A stretch of 64,000 nucleotides of DNA from an uncultured Alphaproteobacteria bacterium (GCA_963740475.1 CAVUEM010000012.1:23615-87614), one strand, 5' to 3'. Positions 28,206-38,250 are shown, numbered from the stretch's first letter. Numbers and translations are program-made. The notes: a model not told the origin generated them from the letters alone.

Positions 28206-28583
28206 TCAGAAGCAGCGCAGCTCGCCCTCGATCTGCGCGCGCTTCAAGTTCTTGACCTTCTCCTGCATCGCAGGATTGAACATGTAGGCCACGCTCTCGC
28301 CGCCGCGCTGGCGCACCGAGAGGATCGTTTCCGCCTCCTCGTACTCCTTGTAAGGGAGGATGGTGGCGATCACGTCGATCGAGCACGCACACTTGTCGAG
28401 CTCGATGCGCGTCTGACCGGTAACTTGCATGCAGCCGAAAACGTAGTCGGCGCGCGACTCGGTGGGATAATCGTTCTCGACCGCCTTGGTGTCCGTGCAC
28501 TCCTCGGCAAGGACTGCCGCCTGCATTCCGCCAAGTCCCGCCCCGGCCAGAGCGAGAACCATCAGAGCGTTCCTGAGAGTCAT
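28206..28583 (-). CDS. Small exported Cys-containing hypothetical protein
   Basis: Signal peptide, DYPTESRADYVFGCM, CACSID and a terminal RCF. Clean codon usage; ATGA overlap with the upstream gene. Confidence 0.75.
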   Translation of the reverse strand: MTLRNALMVLALAGAGLGGMQAAVLAEECTDTKAVENDYPTESRADYVFGCMQVTGQTRIELDKCACSIDVIATILPYKEYEEAETILSVRQRGGESVAYMFNPAMQEKVKNLKRAQIEGELRCF

Positions 28584-29263
28584 TTGGCTTCTCCCATACC
28601 TAAGAGCGAGATGTGCTCCTCTAGGCTCGGCGCCGCCGCGTTCTTGCTCTCGAACTGCGACACGAGATCGGCGAAGTATCCAGGCACCTCGTCGCTGACC
28701 ACGATCGTGAAGCGGGAATTCTGGAATCCCTCCATCTTCAGCGAGTTCGGATCGTCGGCATAAGGCGTCGTCGTGATCTTGTAGGCGTTCACCTCCTTGC
28801 CGTTGTAGTTGAACTTGATGGATTCGATCGCGGCCTTGTCGCGCAGCGCCTCGCGGAACTTGTGCTTGAGATATTGCTGGGTGCCTCCGGCAAGCTGGCC
28901 GAACGTCGACACGGCCCGCTCGAGATACCAGATGAAGATCGGGTTGATGGTGAGATCGGGCCAGTTCGACGGATCGCGGGCCTGCTCGCCGGTAAAGGCC
29001 TGGAACACGACCTCTCGCTCTCCCTTCTCGTTGACCTTCACCACGCCGACCTTGATCTGGTCGGAATAGGCGGGCCCGAGCAGCTTTTCGTTCGAGACCT
29101 TGCGCTCGAACTTGTAAGTGACTTGCGCTCCGGGGCCCATCTGGTCGAGCTGTCTCGATTCGAACAGCACCTGGACCGTATTGGGCTCTGCCGTGGCAAA
29201 TCCCGCTCCCGGCATAGCCAAGAGCGCGAGGGCGGTCACGGCAGCAGATTTCATTCGCGACAT
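28580..29263 (-). CDS. Exported hypothetical protein
   Basis: Signal peptide MKSAAVTALALLAMPGAGFA, host-like codon usage and a GAGGAA RBS region. Confidence 0.75.
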   Translation of the reverse strand: MSRMKSAAVTALALLAMPGAGFATAEPNTVQVLFESRQLDQMGPGAQVTYKFERKVSNEKLLGPAYSDQIKVGVVKVNEKGEREVVFQAFTGEQARDPSNWPDLTINPIFIWYLERAVSTFGQLAGGTQQYLKHKFREALRDKAAIESIKFNYNGKEVNAYKITTTPYADDPNSLKMEGFQNSRFTIVVSDEVPGYFADLVSQFESKNAAAPSLEEHISLLGMGEAK

Positions 29264-29429
29264 GGGTTCTAGTTCCTCCTGAGACGCCGCCGTGCCTTTT
29301 TCGGCAGCCTGTTTGGGAGCTTTTCTATCGTCACCGATGGACAGTCGGCAATGCTTGCGATGATGAATTCTATGAAAGGTAGGGCTGCACCGGGCCCGCG
29401 CCTTTCATCTTGTCATCTTGGTAGGCGTC

Positions 29430-30353
29430 TCAGCGGAGAAAGAGCCCAAAGGCGCGCGGCCCGTCGCCGACGGGCACCTTGGCCGTCACCTCGAGCGTCG
29501 AGGTATCGATGCGCTCGAGCGTGTTCGCCTCCCAGCAGGCGACGTAGACTGCGTCCCCGCTCGGGTCTGCGGCGATCCCTTCGGGGTAGTCGCCGACGGG
29601 GATGGTCTTGACCACGGCGAGGGTCCCGGTGTCGAACACGGTGACCGTCCCCCCGTACTGATCGGTGACGAAGGCCCGCGAGCCGGCAAGCGCCACGGCA
29701 TAGGGGCGCCGTCCGACCTTGACGGTCCCGACGACGGACCGCGAGGCGAGATCGATCACGCTCACGTCGTCGCTCTTGACGTTGGCCGTGTAGGCGCGCA
29801 CCCCGGCACGGTCGACGGCGATGCCGAACGGGCGCTCGCCGACGCCGACGGTTGCGATCCGTTTCAATGAGCCCGCATCGATTATGGAGACTGCATTGCT
29901 GTCGCGGTCCGCCGTGAGGATGATGGCGCCGTCGGCCGTGACGGCAACTCCCGACGGCGATTGCCCGACCTCGACTGTAGCGACGATCTGCCCCTTGTCC
30001 GGATCGACGGCAAAGAGCCGATGCACGTACCAGTCGGCGACGTAGACGCGCCCGTTCGTCGGATCGACCGCGATCCCGAGCGGCCCCTCGCCGACCGCAA
30101 TCCGCTTCGCGATCGTCCGAGTCGTCGCATCGACGACGACGAGCTCGCGGCTGTCGGGAGACGTGACGTAGGCGCGGTCGCCTGCGAGCGCGATCGCGAT
30201 CCCCGCCGGCTTGCCACCGATCCTGATCTCGGCCGCGGACTTGAGGCTCCTGAGGTCGACGACGGAAAGCGAGCCCGCCGGCTGATTGGTGACGAAGGCC
30301 TCGCGCGCCTCGCCCGCCTCCGCGCCACTTCCCGCCGACGACACGAGCGCCAT
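29430..30353 (-). CDS. YVTN beta-propeller protein (MxaE-like)
   Basis: Seven repeats (AFVTNQ, GGKPAGIA, AYVTS, GEGPLGIA, YVADW, GQSPSGVA, GERPFGIA, GRRPYAVA, GDYPEGIA). Directly after mxaD. The true start may be further upstream. Confidence 0.8.
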   Translation of the reverse strand: MALVSSAGSGAEAGEAREAFVTNQPAGSLSVVDLRSLKSAAEIRIGGKPAGIAIALAGDRAYVTSPDSRELVVVDATTRTIAKRIAVGEGPLGIAVDPTNGRVYVADWYVHRLFAVDPDKGQIVATVEVGQSPSGVAVTADGAIILTADRDSNAVSIIDAGSLKRIATVGVGERPFGIAVDRAGVRAYTANVKSDDVSVIDLASRSVVGTVKVGRRPYAVALAGSRAFVTDQYGGTVTVFDTGTLAVVKTIPVGDYPEGIAADPSGDAVYVACWEANTLERIDTSTLEVTAKVPVGDGPRAFGLFLR

Positions 30354-30417
30354 GAGCGCCGCGAGCGCGCGGACGGCTCGCGGGCGAAATCCGCGACCTG
30401 CGAGGGCCGGGGATGGC

Positions 30418-30948
30418 TCAGCCGCCCCCTTCGACTTTCTTCTTGAGCGCATCGAGCCCCGACTTGTAGATCCCGGTGACGCCGGCCACGGCGGCCGCGT
30501 CGTCCTGATCCGGCGGCGGATCGTTGTTGACGTAATAGCGATAGAACGCGCCCTTCCACTCGACGGCCGATTTCCCGCCCGCATCCTTGACCGAGATCGT
30601 CGAGGAGTAGTTCGAGACCGGCAGCACCTTGGCCTCGACCTCGGTGATCTCGTAGGTGTAGCTCATCGTCCCGGCGTCGAACTTCGAGAGCTTCTCGTTG
30701 ATCTTTCCGCCGTCCTTGGTGGTGAGCACCCGCGTCGCCCCCGCGTCGTTGCCGCCGCTGCCCTCGGTCTTGGCAATGGCCGGGTGCCAGCTCATGTCCT
30801 GGAAGTTGCCGATCACCGCCCAGACCTTGTCGGGGGGAGCGGCGATCTCGATCGTCTCGACGACTTTCTGGCGCGTCGGTCCATGCGCCGCGGCGGGATA
30901 GGGCAACGATGCGACCAAGCCGAGACAGACCGCAAACGCTCTCACCAT
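30418..30948 (-). CDS. mxaD: MxaD-like SRPBCC periplasmic protein
   Basis: AHGPTRQKVVETIEIAAPPDKVWAVIGNFQDMSWHP, LPVSNYSS and WKGAFYRYY.NNDPP motifs. Confidence 0.85.
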   Translation of the reverse strand: MVRAFAVCLGLVASLPYPAAAHGPTRQKVVETIEIAAPPDKVWAVIGNFQDMSWHPAIAKTEGSGGNDAGATRVLTTKDGGKINEKLSKFDAGTMSYTYEITEVEAKVLPVSNYSSTISVKDAGGKSAVEWKGAFYRYYVNNDPPPDQDDAAAVAGVTGIYKSGLDALKKKVEGGG

Positions 30949-31124
30949 CGGGCTTCCTCCACGTTCTCCGCGCGTCTTCCGCGCGCCGCCGGCACCATAA
31001 AGAGCGCATCGGAGGGGCGCAATCGATGCGCGTTTTAGCCGCCCTGCAATGCAGCACTCAACCTTGTTGTTTTGTCCCCCCGTCCATGCTTTTGTTCGCC
31101 TCCGTCGGGAGGACGAATACGTAC

Positions 31125-32424
31125 ATGACTCCATCACTGGACGGTCCCGCGACCGGCGTTCGCGGCAAATCTAATGCCTATGAGAACGTGACCTGCCCCT
31201 TTTGCGGCATCCTCTGCGACGATCTCGAGGTGACGCCGACCGAGACCGGTCTCAAGGTCAGCAAGAACGCCTGCTCGCGCGCCATCTTCGGTTTCGAGCG
31301 GCCCGTCGGCTCCCCGATCCCCAAGGTCGGCGGCAAGCCCGTCACGCTCGAGGAAGCGATCCAGGCCGCGGCGAACATCATCAGGGGAGCGCGGCTCCCC
31401 CTCTACGGCGGCCTCGCGACCGACGTCGAGGGCATGCGCGCGGTCATGGCGATCGCCGATCGCTCGGGCGGCGTCGTCGACCACGCCTTGAGCGAGGGCC
31501 AGTACCGGAACTTTCGCGTGCTGCAGACGAGCGGCTGGTTCATGTCGACGCTGACGGAAGTGCGCAATCGGGCCGACCTCATCGTCGTCGTCGGCTCGGA
31601 CCTCAACAAGATTCATCCGCGCTTCTTCGAGCGCGTCGTCACCGTCACCGATTCGCTCCTGACCGACACGCCTCCGAAGCGCACGGTCGTCTTTCTCGGC
31701 CAGGGCCTCGATCAGTCGGCGGCGACCGGGCCGCGCATCGGCGAGGTCATCACCGTCCCCTGCCCGCCCCACCTCGTCGGCGAGGTGGTGGCCGCGATCC
31801 GCGCCGTCATCAACGGTCGGCCGATCGCCGATAGCATCGCGGGCGTACCGGCGGCCGACATCCGATCTCTCGCGGAGCGCTTCCGCAATGCCGCATACGG
31901 CGTCATGGTCTGGGCGCCGCCGGGACTAGCCTTCGCCAATGCCGACTTGACCGTCCATGCCGTCTCCGAGCTGGTCAAGGACTTGAACAAGACGACGCGG
32001 TTCGCCGGTCTCTCGCTCGGCGGCAACGAGGGCGCGGTGACGGCGGGCGCCGTTTGCGGCTGGCAGAGCGGATATCCGCTGCGCGTGAGCTTTGCCTCGG
32101 GCAAGCCCGACTACGACCAGTATCGCTACGCCATCGGCCGCATGCTCGCCGCCGGCGAGGGCGACGCGCTCCTCTGGATCGGCTCGATCTCGCCGGACAT
32201 CGTGCCGCCCGCGACCAAGATTTCCGACCGTCGTGCTCGGGACGCCTGACCTCAAGTTGACCGGTGAGCCCACCGTGTTCATTCCCGTCGGCACGCCGGG
32301 CCTCGACCACGACGGCCGCCTCGTGCGCTGCGACAACGTCGTCTCGCTGCCGCTCAAAAGCGTCAATCGCGCCAAGCTCCCGCGCGTCGCCGACGTGATC
32401 GGCGCCATCGAAGCCGCCCTCTAA
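31125..32424 (+). CDS. fhcB: Formyltransferase/hydrolase complex subunit B (one apparent +1 frameshift at ~32222)
   Basis: ENVTCPFCGILCDDL, TLTEVRNRADL, WQSGYPLRVSF and PVGTPGLDHDG.LVRCD.VVSLPL motifs. Removing one T from the TTT at 32221-32223 gives a continuous ORF to 32424. Confidence 0.88.
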
Positions 32425-32441
32425 GCTCCGGAACCGACAAG

Positions 32442-34106
32442 ATGCTGACAAAGCTTACCGGCGGAAAAATCTACGACCCGGCCCAGGGCATCAACGGCGA
32501 AATCCGCGACATCTTCGTGCGCGACGGCAAGATCGTGGCGGGTGACGGAGGCGGCCGCGTCGACGAGGAATACAACGTCAAGGGCCGCGTGGTCATGGCG
32601 GGCGCGATCGATCCGCACACGCACATCGGCGGCGGCAAGGTGACGATCGCGCGCATGCTGATGCCCGAGGATCACCAGGGCCACGAGATCGCGCATACCG
32701 ATCTCACGCGCGCCGGTGTCGGCCTCGCACTCCCCTCGACGCTGACGACGGGATACCGCTACGCGGAGATGGGATACACCGCCTGCTTCGAGCCGGCCAT
32801 GCTGCCCGCAAACGCGCGCCAGGCGCACATGGAGATGGGCGACATCCCGATCATCGACAAAGGCGCCTTCGTCATGGTCGGCAGCGACGACTTCTTCCTG
32901 CGCCAGCTCGCCGGGAAGCGCGACTTCAAGGAGATCAAGGACTACATCGCCTGGAACATGCACGCGGCGCAGGCGATCGCCGTCAAGATCGTGAACCCCG
33001 GCGGCATCAGCGCCTTCAAGTTCAACCAGCGCATGCTCGATCTCGACGAGGAGCATGTCTACTACGGAGTGACGCCGCGCCAGATCATCACGACCGTCGC
33101 GCGCGCGCTGATGGAGCTCGGCGTCACGCACCCCGTCCACATCCACGGCTGCAATCTCGGCGTCCCGGGCAGCGAGAAATCGACGCTCGCGACCATCCGC
33201 GCCGCCGAGGGGCTCCGGATCCACCTGACTCACATTCAATTCCACAGCTACGGCACCGAGGGCGACATGCATTTTTCCTCGGGAGCCCCGCGCATCGCCG
33301 AGCTCCTGAACCAGAACCCCAACGTCTCGGTTGACGTCGGCCAGATCCTGTTCGGGCAGACTTGCACCGCCTCCGGCGACAGCATGCGCCAGTACGGCAA
33401 TACCAAGTCCGCGAGCCCCAAGAAATGGGTGGTGATGGACATCGAGTGCGATGCGGGCTGCGGCGTCGTGCCGATGAAGTACCGCGACAAGAGCTACGTC
33501 AACGCGCTGCAGTGGGCGATCGGCCTCGAGCTCTTTCTCCTGGTCGACGACCCGTGGCGCCTCTTCCTCACGACCGACCATCCCAATGGCGCGCCGTTCC
33601 ACTGCTACCCGCACCTGATCCGCCTGCTCATGGATCGCGGATTTCGCAATGACATGCTGCAAAAGCTCCACCCCGAGGCGCAGAAGGCGACCATCCTCAA
33701 GACGCTCTCGCGCGAATACTCTCTTTACGAAATTGCGATCATGACGCGAGCGGGGCCCGCGAAAAGCCTCGGCCTCAAGGATCGCGGCACGCTCGCGCCG
33801 GGCGCCTCGGCCGACATCACGGTCTACGAGGACAACGCCGACCGCGAGGCGATGTTCGCAACGCCCGTGTTCGTGTTCAAGAACGGCGGGCTGATCGTGA
33901 GGAACGGCCGCGTCGTCAAGGTCACCCAGGGCGCAACCCACGTCGCGCGGCCCGAGTACGACCGCGCCATCGAGAAGCAGCTCAAGGATTACTTCACGCG
34001 CTACCATACCGTGCGCATGGAGAACTTCCGCCTCTCCGACGAGGAGATCATCGAGGGCGGCCGTGGCTCGATCGTCGTCCAGCCGACGGGGGCGCGCGCG
34101 TCATGA
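32442..34106 (+). CDS. fhcA: Formyltransferase/hydrolase complex subunit A
   Basis: GAIDPHTHIGGG, AVKIVNPGG, HIHGCNLG, HLTHIQFHSYG and LTTDHPNGAPF motifs. Confidence 0.97.
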   Translation: MLTKLTGGKIYDPAQGINGEIRDIFVRDGKIVAGDGGGRVDEEYNVKGRVVMAGAIDPHTHIGGGKVTIARMLMPEDHQGHEIAHTDLTRAGVGLALPSTLTTGYRYAEMGYTACFEPAMLPANARQAHMEMGDIPIIDKGAFVMVGSDDFFLRQLAGKRDFKEIKDYIAWNMHAAQAIAVKIVNPGGISAFKFNQRMLDLDEEHVYYGVTPRQIITTVARALMELGVTHPVHIHGCNLGVPGSEKSTLATIRAAEGLRIHLTHIQFHSYGTEGDMHFSSGAPRIAELLNQNPNVSVDVGQILFGQTCTASGDSMRQYGNTKSASPKKWVVMDIECDAGCGVVPMKYRDKSYVNALQWAIGLELFLLVDDPWRLFLTTDHPNGAPFHCYPHLIRLLMDRGFRNDMLQKLHPEAQKATILKTLSREYSLYEIAIMTRAGPAKSLGLKDRGTLAPGASADITVYEDNADREAMFATPVFVFKNGGLIVRNGRVVKVTQGATHVARPEYDRAIEKQLKDYFTRYHTVRMENFRLSDEEIIEGGRGSIVVQPTGARAS

Positions 34107-35002
34107 AGGTCAACGGCGTCGAGATCGACGACACGTTCGCCGAGGCCTTCGGCATGAGCGCAACCGGCCTCATCATCACCGCCGATTCGGCCAAGTGGGC
34201 GATGATCTGCGCAACCGTCATGACCGGATTCGGCACGTCCGTGATCGGCTGCGGCGCCGAGTGCGGCATCGACTTCGAGGTCCCCCCCGAGGAGACACCC
34301 GACGGCCGCCCCGGCGTGCGCGTGCTCTTGTTCGGCTTCTCGCCCGACGCGCTCCTGCCGCAGCTTCGCAACCGCGTCGGCCAGTGCGTGCTCACGAGCC
34401 CGGGCTCGGCCTGCTACAGCGGCATGGAATCTGAGAAGTCTCTGAAGCTTTCGGCGGGAGTACGGCCCTTCGGCGACGGCTGGCAGACGGCCAAGAAGCT
34501 CGGCCACCGCCGCTTCTGGCGTATTCCCGTCATGGATGGCGAGTTCATCTGCGAGGACACCGTCGGTCTCACGACCGACGCGGTCGGTGGCGGAAACCTG
34601 CTGGTGCTCGGCCGCAACCGGGCCGGCCTGCTCGAGACGACGGAGGCAGCGGTTGCCGCCATCGCCAAGGTTCCCGACGTGATCACACCGTTTCCCGGCG
34701 GCATCGTGCGCTCGGGGTCCAAGGTCGGCGCCAAGTATAAAGGCATGATCGCCTCCACCAACGACGCCTTCTGCCCGACGCTCAGGGGCGCGGTGAAGAG
34801 CGAGCTCGGGCCGGACACCATCGCCGTCCTCGAGATCGTCATCGACGGACTCACCTCGATGGCGGTCGCCGACGCCATGCGCGCCGGACTGAAGGCCATC
34901 ATCGAGACCGGCTCGGCGAAGGGCGTGACGCGCGTCTCGGCCGGCAACTACGGCGGTAAGCTCGGCAAGCACCACTATCACCTGAAGGAGCTTCTGTCAT
35001 GA
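34103..35002 (+). CDS. fhcD: Formylmethanofuran-H4MPT formyltransferase (Ftr)
   Basis: IDDTFAEAF, TSVIGCGAECGI, TPDGRPG, VGGGNLL, FPGGIVRSGSKVG and SAGNYGGKLG motifs. Confidence 0.97.
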   Translation: MKVNGVEIDDTFAEAFGMSATGLIITADSAKWAMICATVMTGFGTSVIGCGAECGIDFEVPPEETPDGRPGVRVLLFGFSPDALLPQLRNRVGQCVLTSPGSACYSGMESEKSLKLSAGVRPFGDGWQTAKKLGHRRFWRIPVMDGEFICEDTVGLTTDAVGGGNLLVLGRNRAGLLETTEAAVAAIAKVPDVITPFPGGIVRSGSKVGAKYKGMIASTNDAFCPTLRGAVKSELGPDTIAVLEIVIDGLTSMAVADAMRAGLKAIIETGSAKGVTRVSAGNYGGKLGKHHYHLKELLS

Positions 35003-35808
35003 GCGGGCTCACGTTCAAGCTGCGCGGGGCTCCGGCCGTGCGGCTCGATGTCAGGGGGCTTGTGCCGGCCAAGCTCGCCGGCCATTCGCTCTCCGACATC
35101 GAGCAATTGGCGCTCGCGACCGAGGCTGGAGCTGCCAAGGTCGGCGACTTTTTCGCCGTCGGCGGCGCTCACGGCGACACAGTCGCGATCGACGGCGGCT
35201 CGGACCATCTGGACTTCGTGGGCGCGCACCTTGGCAGCGGCAGGATCATCGTCGACGGCCCCGTTGGCGCCTACGCCGGCGCCGACATGCGCGGCGGGCA
35301 CATCGAGATTCGTGGGAATGCCGGCGCCTACCTGGCGGCGGGAGGGCGCGGCGGCGTGATCTCCGTCAAGGGGTCGGCCGGCGACTACCTGGGCGGGGCG
35401 CGCGCCGGGGAGAAGTTCGGCATGATGGGCACGACCGTCGTCGTCGGCGGCAGCGTCGGCACGCGGGCCGGAGAGCGCATGCGCCGCGGGATCGTATTCG
35501 CACGCGGCGGGTTCGGTCCGGCCGCCGGATCGCGCATGGTCGGGGGCACGCTGTGGACCGACATCGGCTTTGGCGCGGGCCCCGGGCCGCTCATGCGGCG
35601 TGGGACGCTGATCGGACCCGCCGTCGAGAGCCTCCTCCCCACGTTCGCCGACTGCGGCCGCCACGACCTCGTCATCCTGCGCATTCTGTCGCGCTACATG
35701 GCGGAGATGCTCGGGCCGCTGGCGCCGCCCCCTCTCCCCGGAGCCGTCCGTCGCCTCGCCGGCGACATGGCGACTATCGGCAAGGGCGAGATTCTGCTGA
35801 CGGCGTAG
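34999..35808 (+). CDS. fhcC: Formyltransferase/hydrolase complex subunit C
   Basis: GXGXG beta-helix repeats, GERMRRG, MVGGTL, PTFADCG and GDMATIGKGEIL motifs. Confidence 0.95.
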   Translation: MSGLTFKLRGAPAVRLDVRGLVPAKLAGHSLSDIEQLALATEAGAAKVGDFFAVGGAHGDTVAIDGGSDHLDFVGAHLGSGRIIVDGPVGAYAGADMRGGHIEIRGNAGAYLAAGGRGGVISVKGSAGDYLGGARAGEKFGMMGTTVVVGGSVGTRAGERMRRGIVFARGGFGPAAGSRMVGGTLWTDIGFGAGPGPLMRRGTLIGPAVESLLPTFADCGRHDLVILRILSRYMAEMLGPLAPPPLPGAVRRLAGDMATIGKGEILLTA

Positions 35809-35913
35809 GCGCTTAAGGGGGGATTGATCCGAGGGCCGCTTCGGCGCGTAATGGGCTCGATGCGCGACTGGAGGCCCCGGAGCGAGGCCAGAGTTCGCGC
35901 GGAGACCCGAGCC

Positions 35914-36114
35914 ATGATGACCATCATCCTTTCGGCCTGCCTCGTCTCAAGTCCCGGCGTCTGCAAGGACTACCGGCTGCCTCTCGACGGCGAGATGAGC
36001 ACAACCCAGTGCGCCATGTCCGCGCCGCCCTTCTTCGCCCAGTGGATGGAGGAGCACCCCGCGTGGCGCGTCATGCGCTGGAAGTGCCAGCCGGCCGCGC
36101 TCAACGACACCTGA
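35914..36114 (+). CDS. Small four-Cys hypothetical protein (paralogue 1)
   Basis: 66 aa with a GGAG RBS. Aligns with 50613-50819 and 51073-51279 (CL..P..CK, QC...P, W...HP, RW.C.PA). Confidence 0.75.
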   Translation: MMTIILSACLVSSPGVCKDYRLPLDGEMSTTQCAMSAPPFFAQWMEEHPAWRVMRWKCQPAALNDT

Positions 36115-36147
36115 TCGCCACGGGACTCTCCCGTCCCGCTCCGGGTC

Positions 36148-36573
36148 TCATTTGGCGCGGCAGGTGCCAGTGTACTGAGCGAAAACGGGCTGGCCGAGCA
36201 GTCCCAAATGGCGCGAATGGACCGCCGGGTAGAGACCGGTGCCGGGGTCGCGGTCGTAGACGGTCGTAAGGTTGAGGAAGCCCTCGTTCACGACCTCGAG
36301 AAAATGGTTGGCGTTGATCGCGCGCACGATGCGCAGCGTCCCGGAGTTCCCCGCCGTCTTGAGCACGGCGGACTGGCCTTCGAGGTCGATCTTCTCGATG
36401 TCGAAGGCGAGCGGGGCGGGCGGCTTCGAATGAAATTTGCCCGCGTCATAGCTCCACGACGCACCCTCGCGGAACTCGCAGGCGAACGCTGCCGGGAATT
36501 CGTCGGCGAGAGTAAAACTCGAATAGCTCACCCAAAGCGCAAGGCCGGCGATAGACAAGAAAATTCGCTGCAT
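36148..36573 (-). CDS. Exported hypothetical protein
   Basis: Signal-like MQRIFLSIAGLALWVSYSSFTLA followed by a beta-rich domain with two Cys. Confidence 0.65.
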   Translation of the reverse strand: MQRIFLSIAGLALWVSYSSFTLADEFPAAFACEFREGASWSYDAGKFHSKPPAPLAFDIEKIDLEGQSAVLKTAGNSGTLRIVRAINANHFLEVVNEGFLNLTTVYDRDPGTGLYPAVHSRHLGLLGQPVFAQYTGTCRAK

Positions 36574-36600
36574 TTGAATAGCCCCCGATCCATCCACGCC

Positions 36601-36739
36601 CTAGATCGCGATCGTTCTTGATGGAGACGCTTTGCGTCCATCAAGAACGTGAATCGCGATCTAAATTCAAAGTGTAGCGTACGATTTACGCCTGACATGG
36701 ATCGCGGAAGCGATCCCATGTCAGACGATCGTGCGCTAG
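36601..36739. repeat. Two-hairpin mosaic element, copy B (139 bp, CTAG at both ends)
   Basis: Two long imperfect palindromes (TAGATCGCGAT...ATCGCGATCTA; TAGCGTACGAT...ATCGTGCGCTA) joined by AATTCAAAGTG. Inverted match to 9175-9307. Confidence 0.9.
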
Positions 36740-36877
36740 CGCGTCGCACCGGAATCTGTCGATATCAAGATTGAAGCGGGGGTTGTCCCGGCCTTGAATC
36801 GCCTTGCTTACGCCGGTTTTCGAAGGTCGAGTGCCTCGACGTCAAGAGCCGCGCCGCGCGCGACGAGGACCTCTCAT

Positions 36878-37354
36878 ATGCAGGCCCGGACCGCCAGTCT
36901 CGTCGCTACCGCCGCCCTCGTGCTTCAGGCGTGCGCGGCCACGACGCAGGAGGGTCCTGCGGCGCTCGCGGAGACTGCATCCACCGCCCAGCCCCCCGCG
37001 TCCTCCAAGGCGGGCTACGTTCTAACCCCGGAGGAGGCGGCCCTCGACTGCAAGAAGCTCACAGGCCGCATGCAGGTCCGCATTCTGCAAGTCCGCGATT
37101 ACCGCGAGCGGGACAAGACGACGCTCGTCTCGCGCGGCATGCAGGTCGCCACGAGCTCGGTGATCGGCGGCACCCAGGAAGGGGTCTACCTCGACAGCCG
37201 CTACGAGAAGGACCGCGCCATGCTCGAGGCCTACAACCGCCAGCTCGCGGCCAAGAATTGCAAGACCTTCGACCTCGCGGCGGAGCTCAAGCCCCAGCCC
37301 GTTACCCGCACGCCGACGCCGGTGGACAAGGCCCCGCCGGCCAGTCCCCGCTGA
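36878..37354 (+). CDS. Putative lipoprotein
   Basis: GAGGA RBS, lipobox LQAC, and LDCKKL..RM / KNCKTFD motifs. Confidence 0.7.
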   Translation: MQARTASLVATAALVLQACAATTQEGPAALAETASTAQPPASSKAGYVLTPEEAALDCKKLTGRMQVRILQVRDYRERDKTTLVSRGMQVATSSVIGGTQEGVYLDSRYEKDRAMLEAYNRQLAAKNCKTFDLAAELKPQPVTRTPTPVDKAPPASPR

Positions 37355-37361
37355 GGGGCGG

Positions 37362-38165
37362 TCAAGGACCGGGAAACAGCTCGTCGGTGCGCCCAAGCAC
37401 GCGGGAGCCGACGAGCCGCACCCACTCGATTACCGCGAGATCGGTTCTCATGAGGCCGGCCGGGATGCGCTCGAAGGGGCGAAGCAAGTCCTCCGCTCCC
37501 CGCGTACGATAGTCGACCGGATAGGGGATCACATCGAAGCCCGCCTTGCGGTAGAGACCGACCGCGCGCGGCATGTGATAGGCCGACGTGACGAGCACCC
37601 AGCGCTCGCCCGGGGACGGGCGCACGAGGTCGGCGGTGAAGCGCGCGTTCTCGATCGTGTTGCGCGCATGCCCCTCGAGCAATATTCGCCGCTCGTCTAT
37701 GCCCATATCGCGCAGGAACGCGCCGACCGGTACCGTCGCATCGAGGCCGCCGGGCCAGAGCCCGCCGACGCCCCCGGTGAAGACGACCTTGGCCTCGGGA
37801 TGGGCGAGCGCGAGGCGCACCCCTTCCGTCAAACGCTCGGAAAACTCGTTTACGGCGAGCCCGCCTCGGCCCGCCGACACCCAGCCGTCCTCGAACCCGC
37901 CCAGAATGATGATGCCGGCGAGACGGTCGCCGGGGCCGGGCGCGGGCACGCCCGCGAAGCGCTCCTCGAGCGGCAGGATGATCGCATTGCCGACGGGAAG
38001 AAGCCCGCAGACGACGAGGTAGACGAGGCTTCCCCAGGCGAGCCGCCGGCCGAGGCGGAAGCGCCGCTCTCCGCGCGTGAGCCAGAGCCCCGCGGCGAGG
38101 GCCAGCGCCGCGAGCGTGGACGGATGGAGAAGGAAACCCAGAACCTTGGCGAGAGTGAAGGGCAT
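37362..38165 (-). CDS. YdcF/ElyC-like DUF218 protein
   Basis: IIILGG, VVFTGG, LEGHARNTIENA and LVTSAYHMPRA..F.KAG..VIPYPVD motifs. Confidence 0.9.
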   Translation of the reverse strand: MPFTLAKVLGFLLHPSTLAALALAAGLWLTRGERRFRLGRRLAWGSLVYLVVCGLLPVGNAIILPLEERFAGVPAPGPGDRLAGIIILGGFEDGWVSAGRGGLAVNEFSERLTEGVRLALAHPEAKVVFTGGVGGLWPGGLDATVPVGAFLRDMGIDERRILLEGHARNTIENARFTADLVRPSPGERWVLVTSAYHMPRAVGLYRKAGFDVIPYPVDYRTRGAEDLLRPFERIPAGLMRTDLAVIEWVRLVGSRVLGRTDELFPGP

Positions 38166-38250
38166 CACCTGCTGCCGAAGACGGGGCGAGCACGGGATCC
38201 CGCGCCGCGCTGCGCAGGCCTACGTCGCAGGCATGGGCCGCACCGCCGGA

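Noticed and set aside
32215-32230. fhcB as a pseudogene
   Set aside because: A single extra T in a homopolymer restores a full-length protein in an otherwise intact pathway. A read error is more likely; check raw reads.
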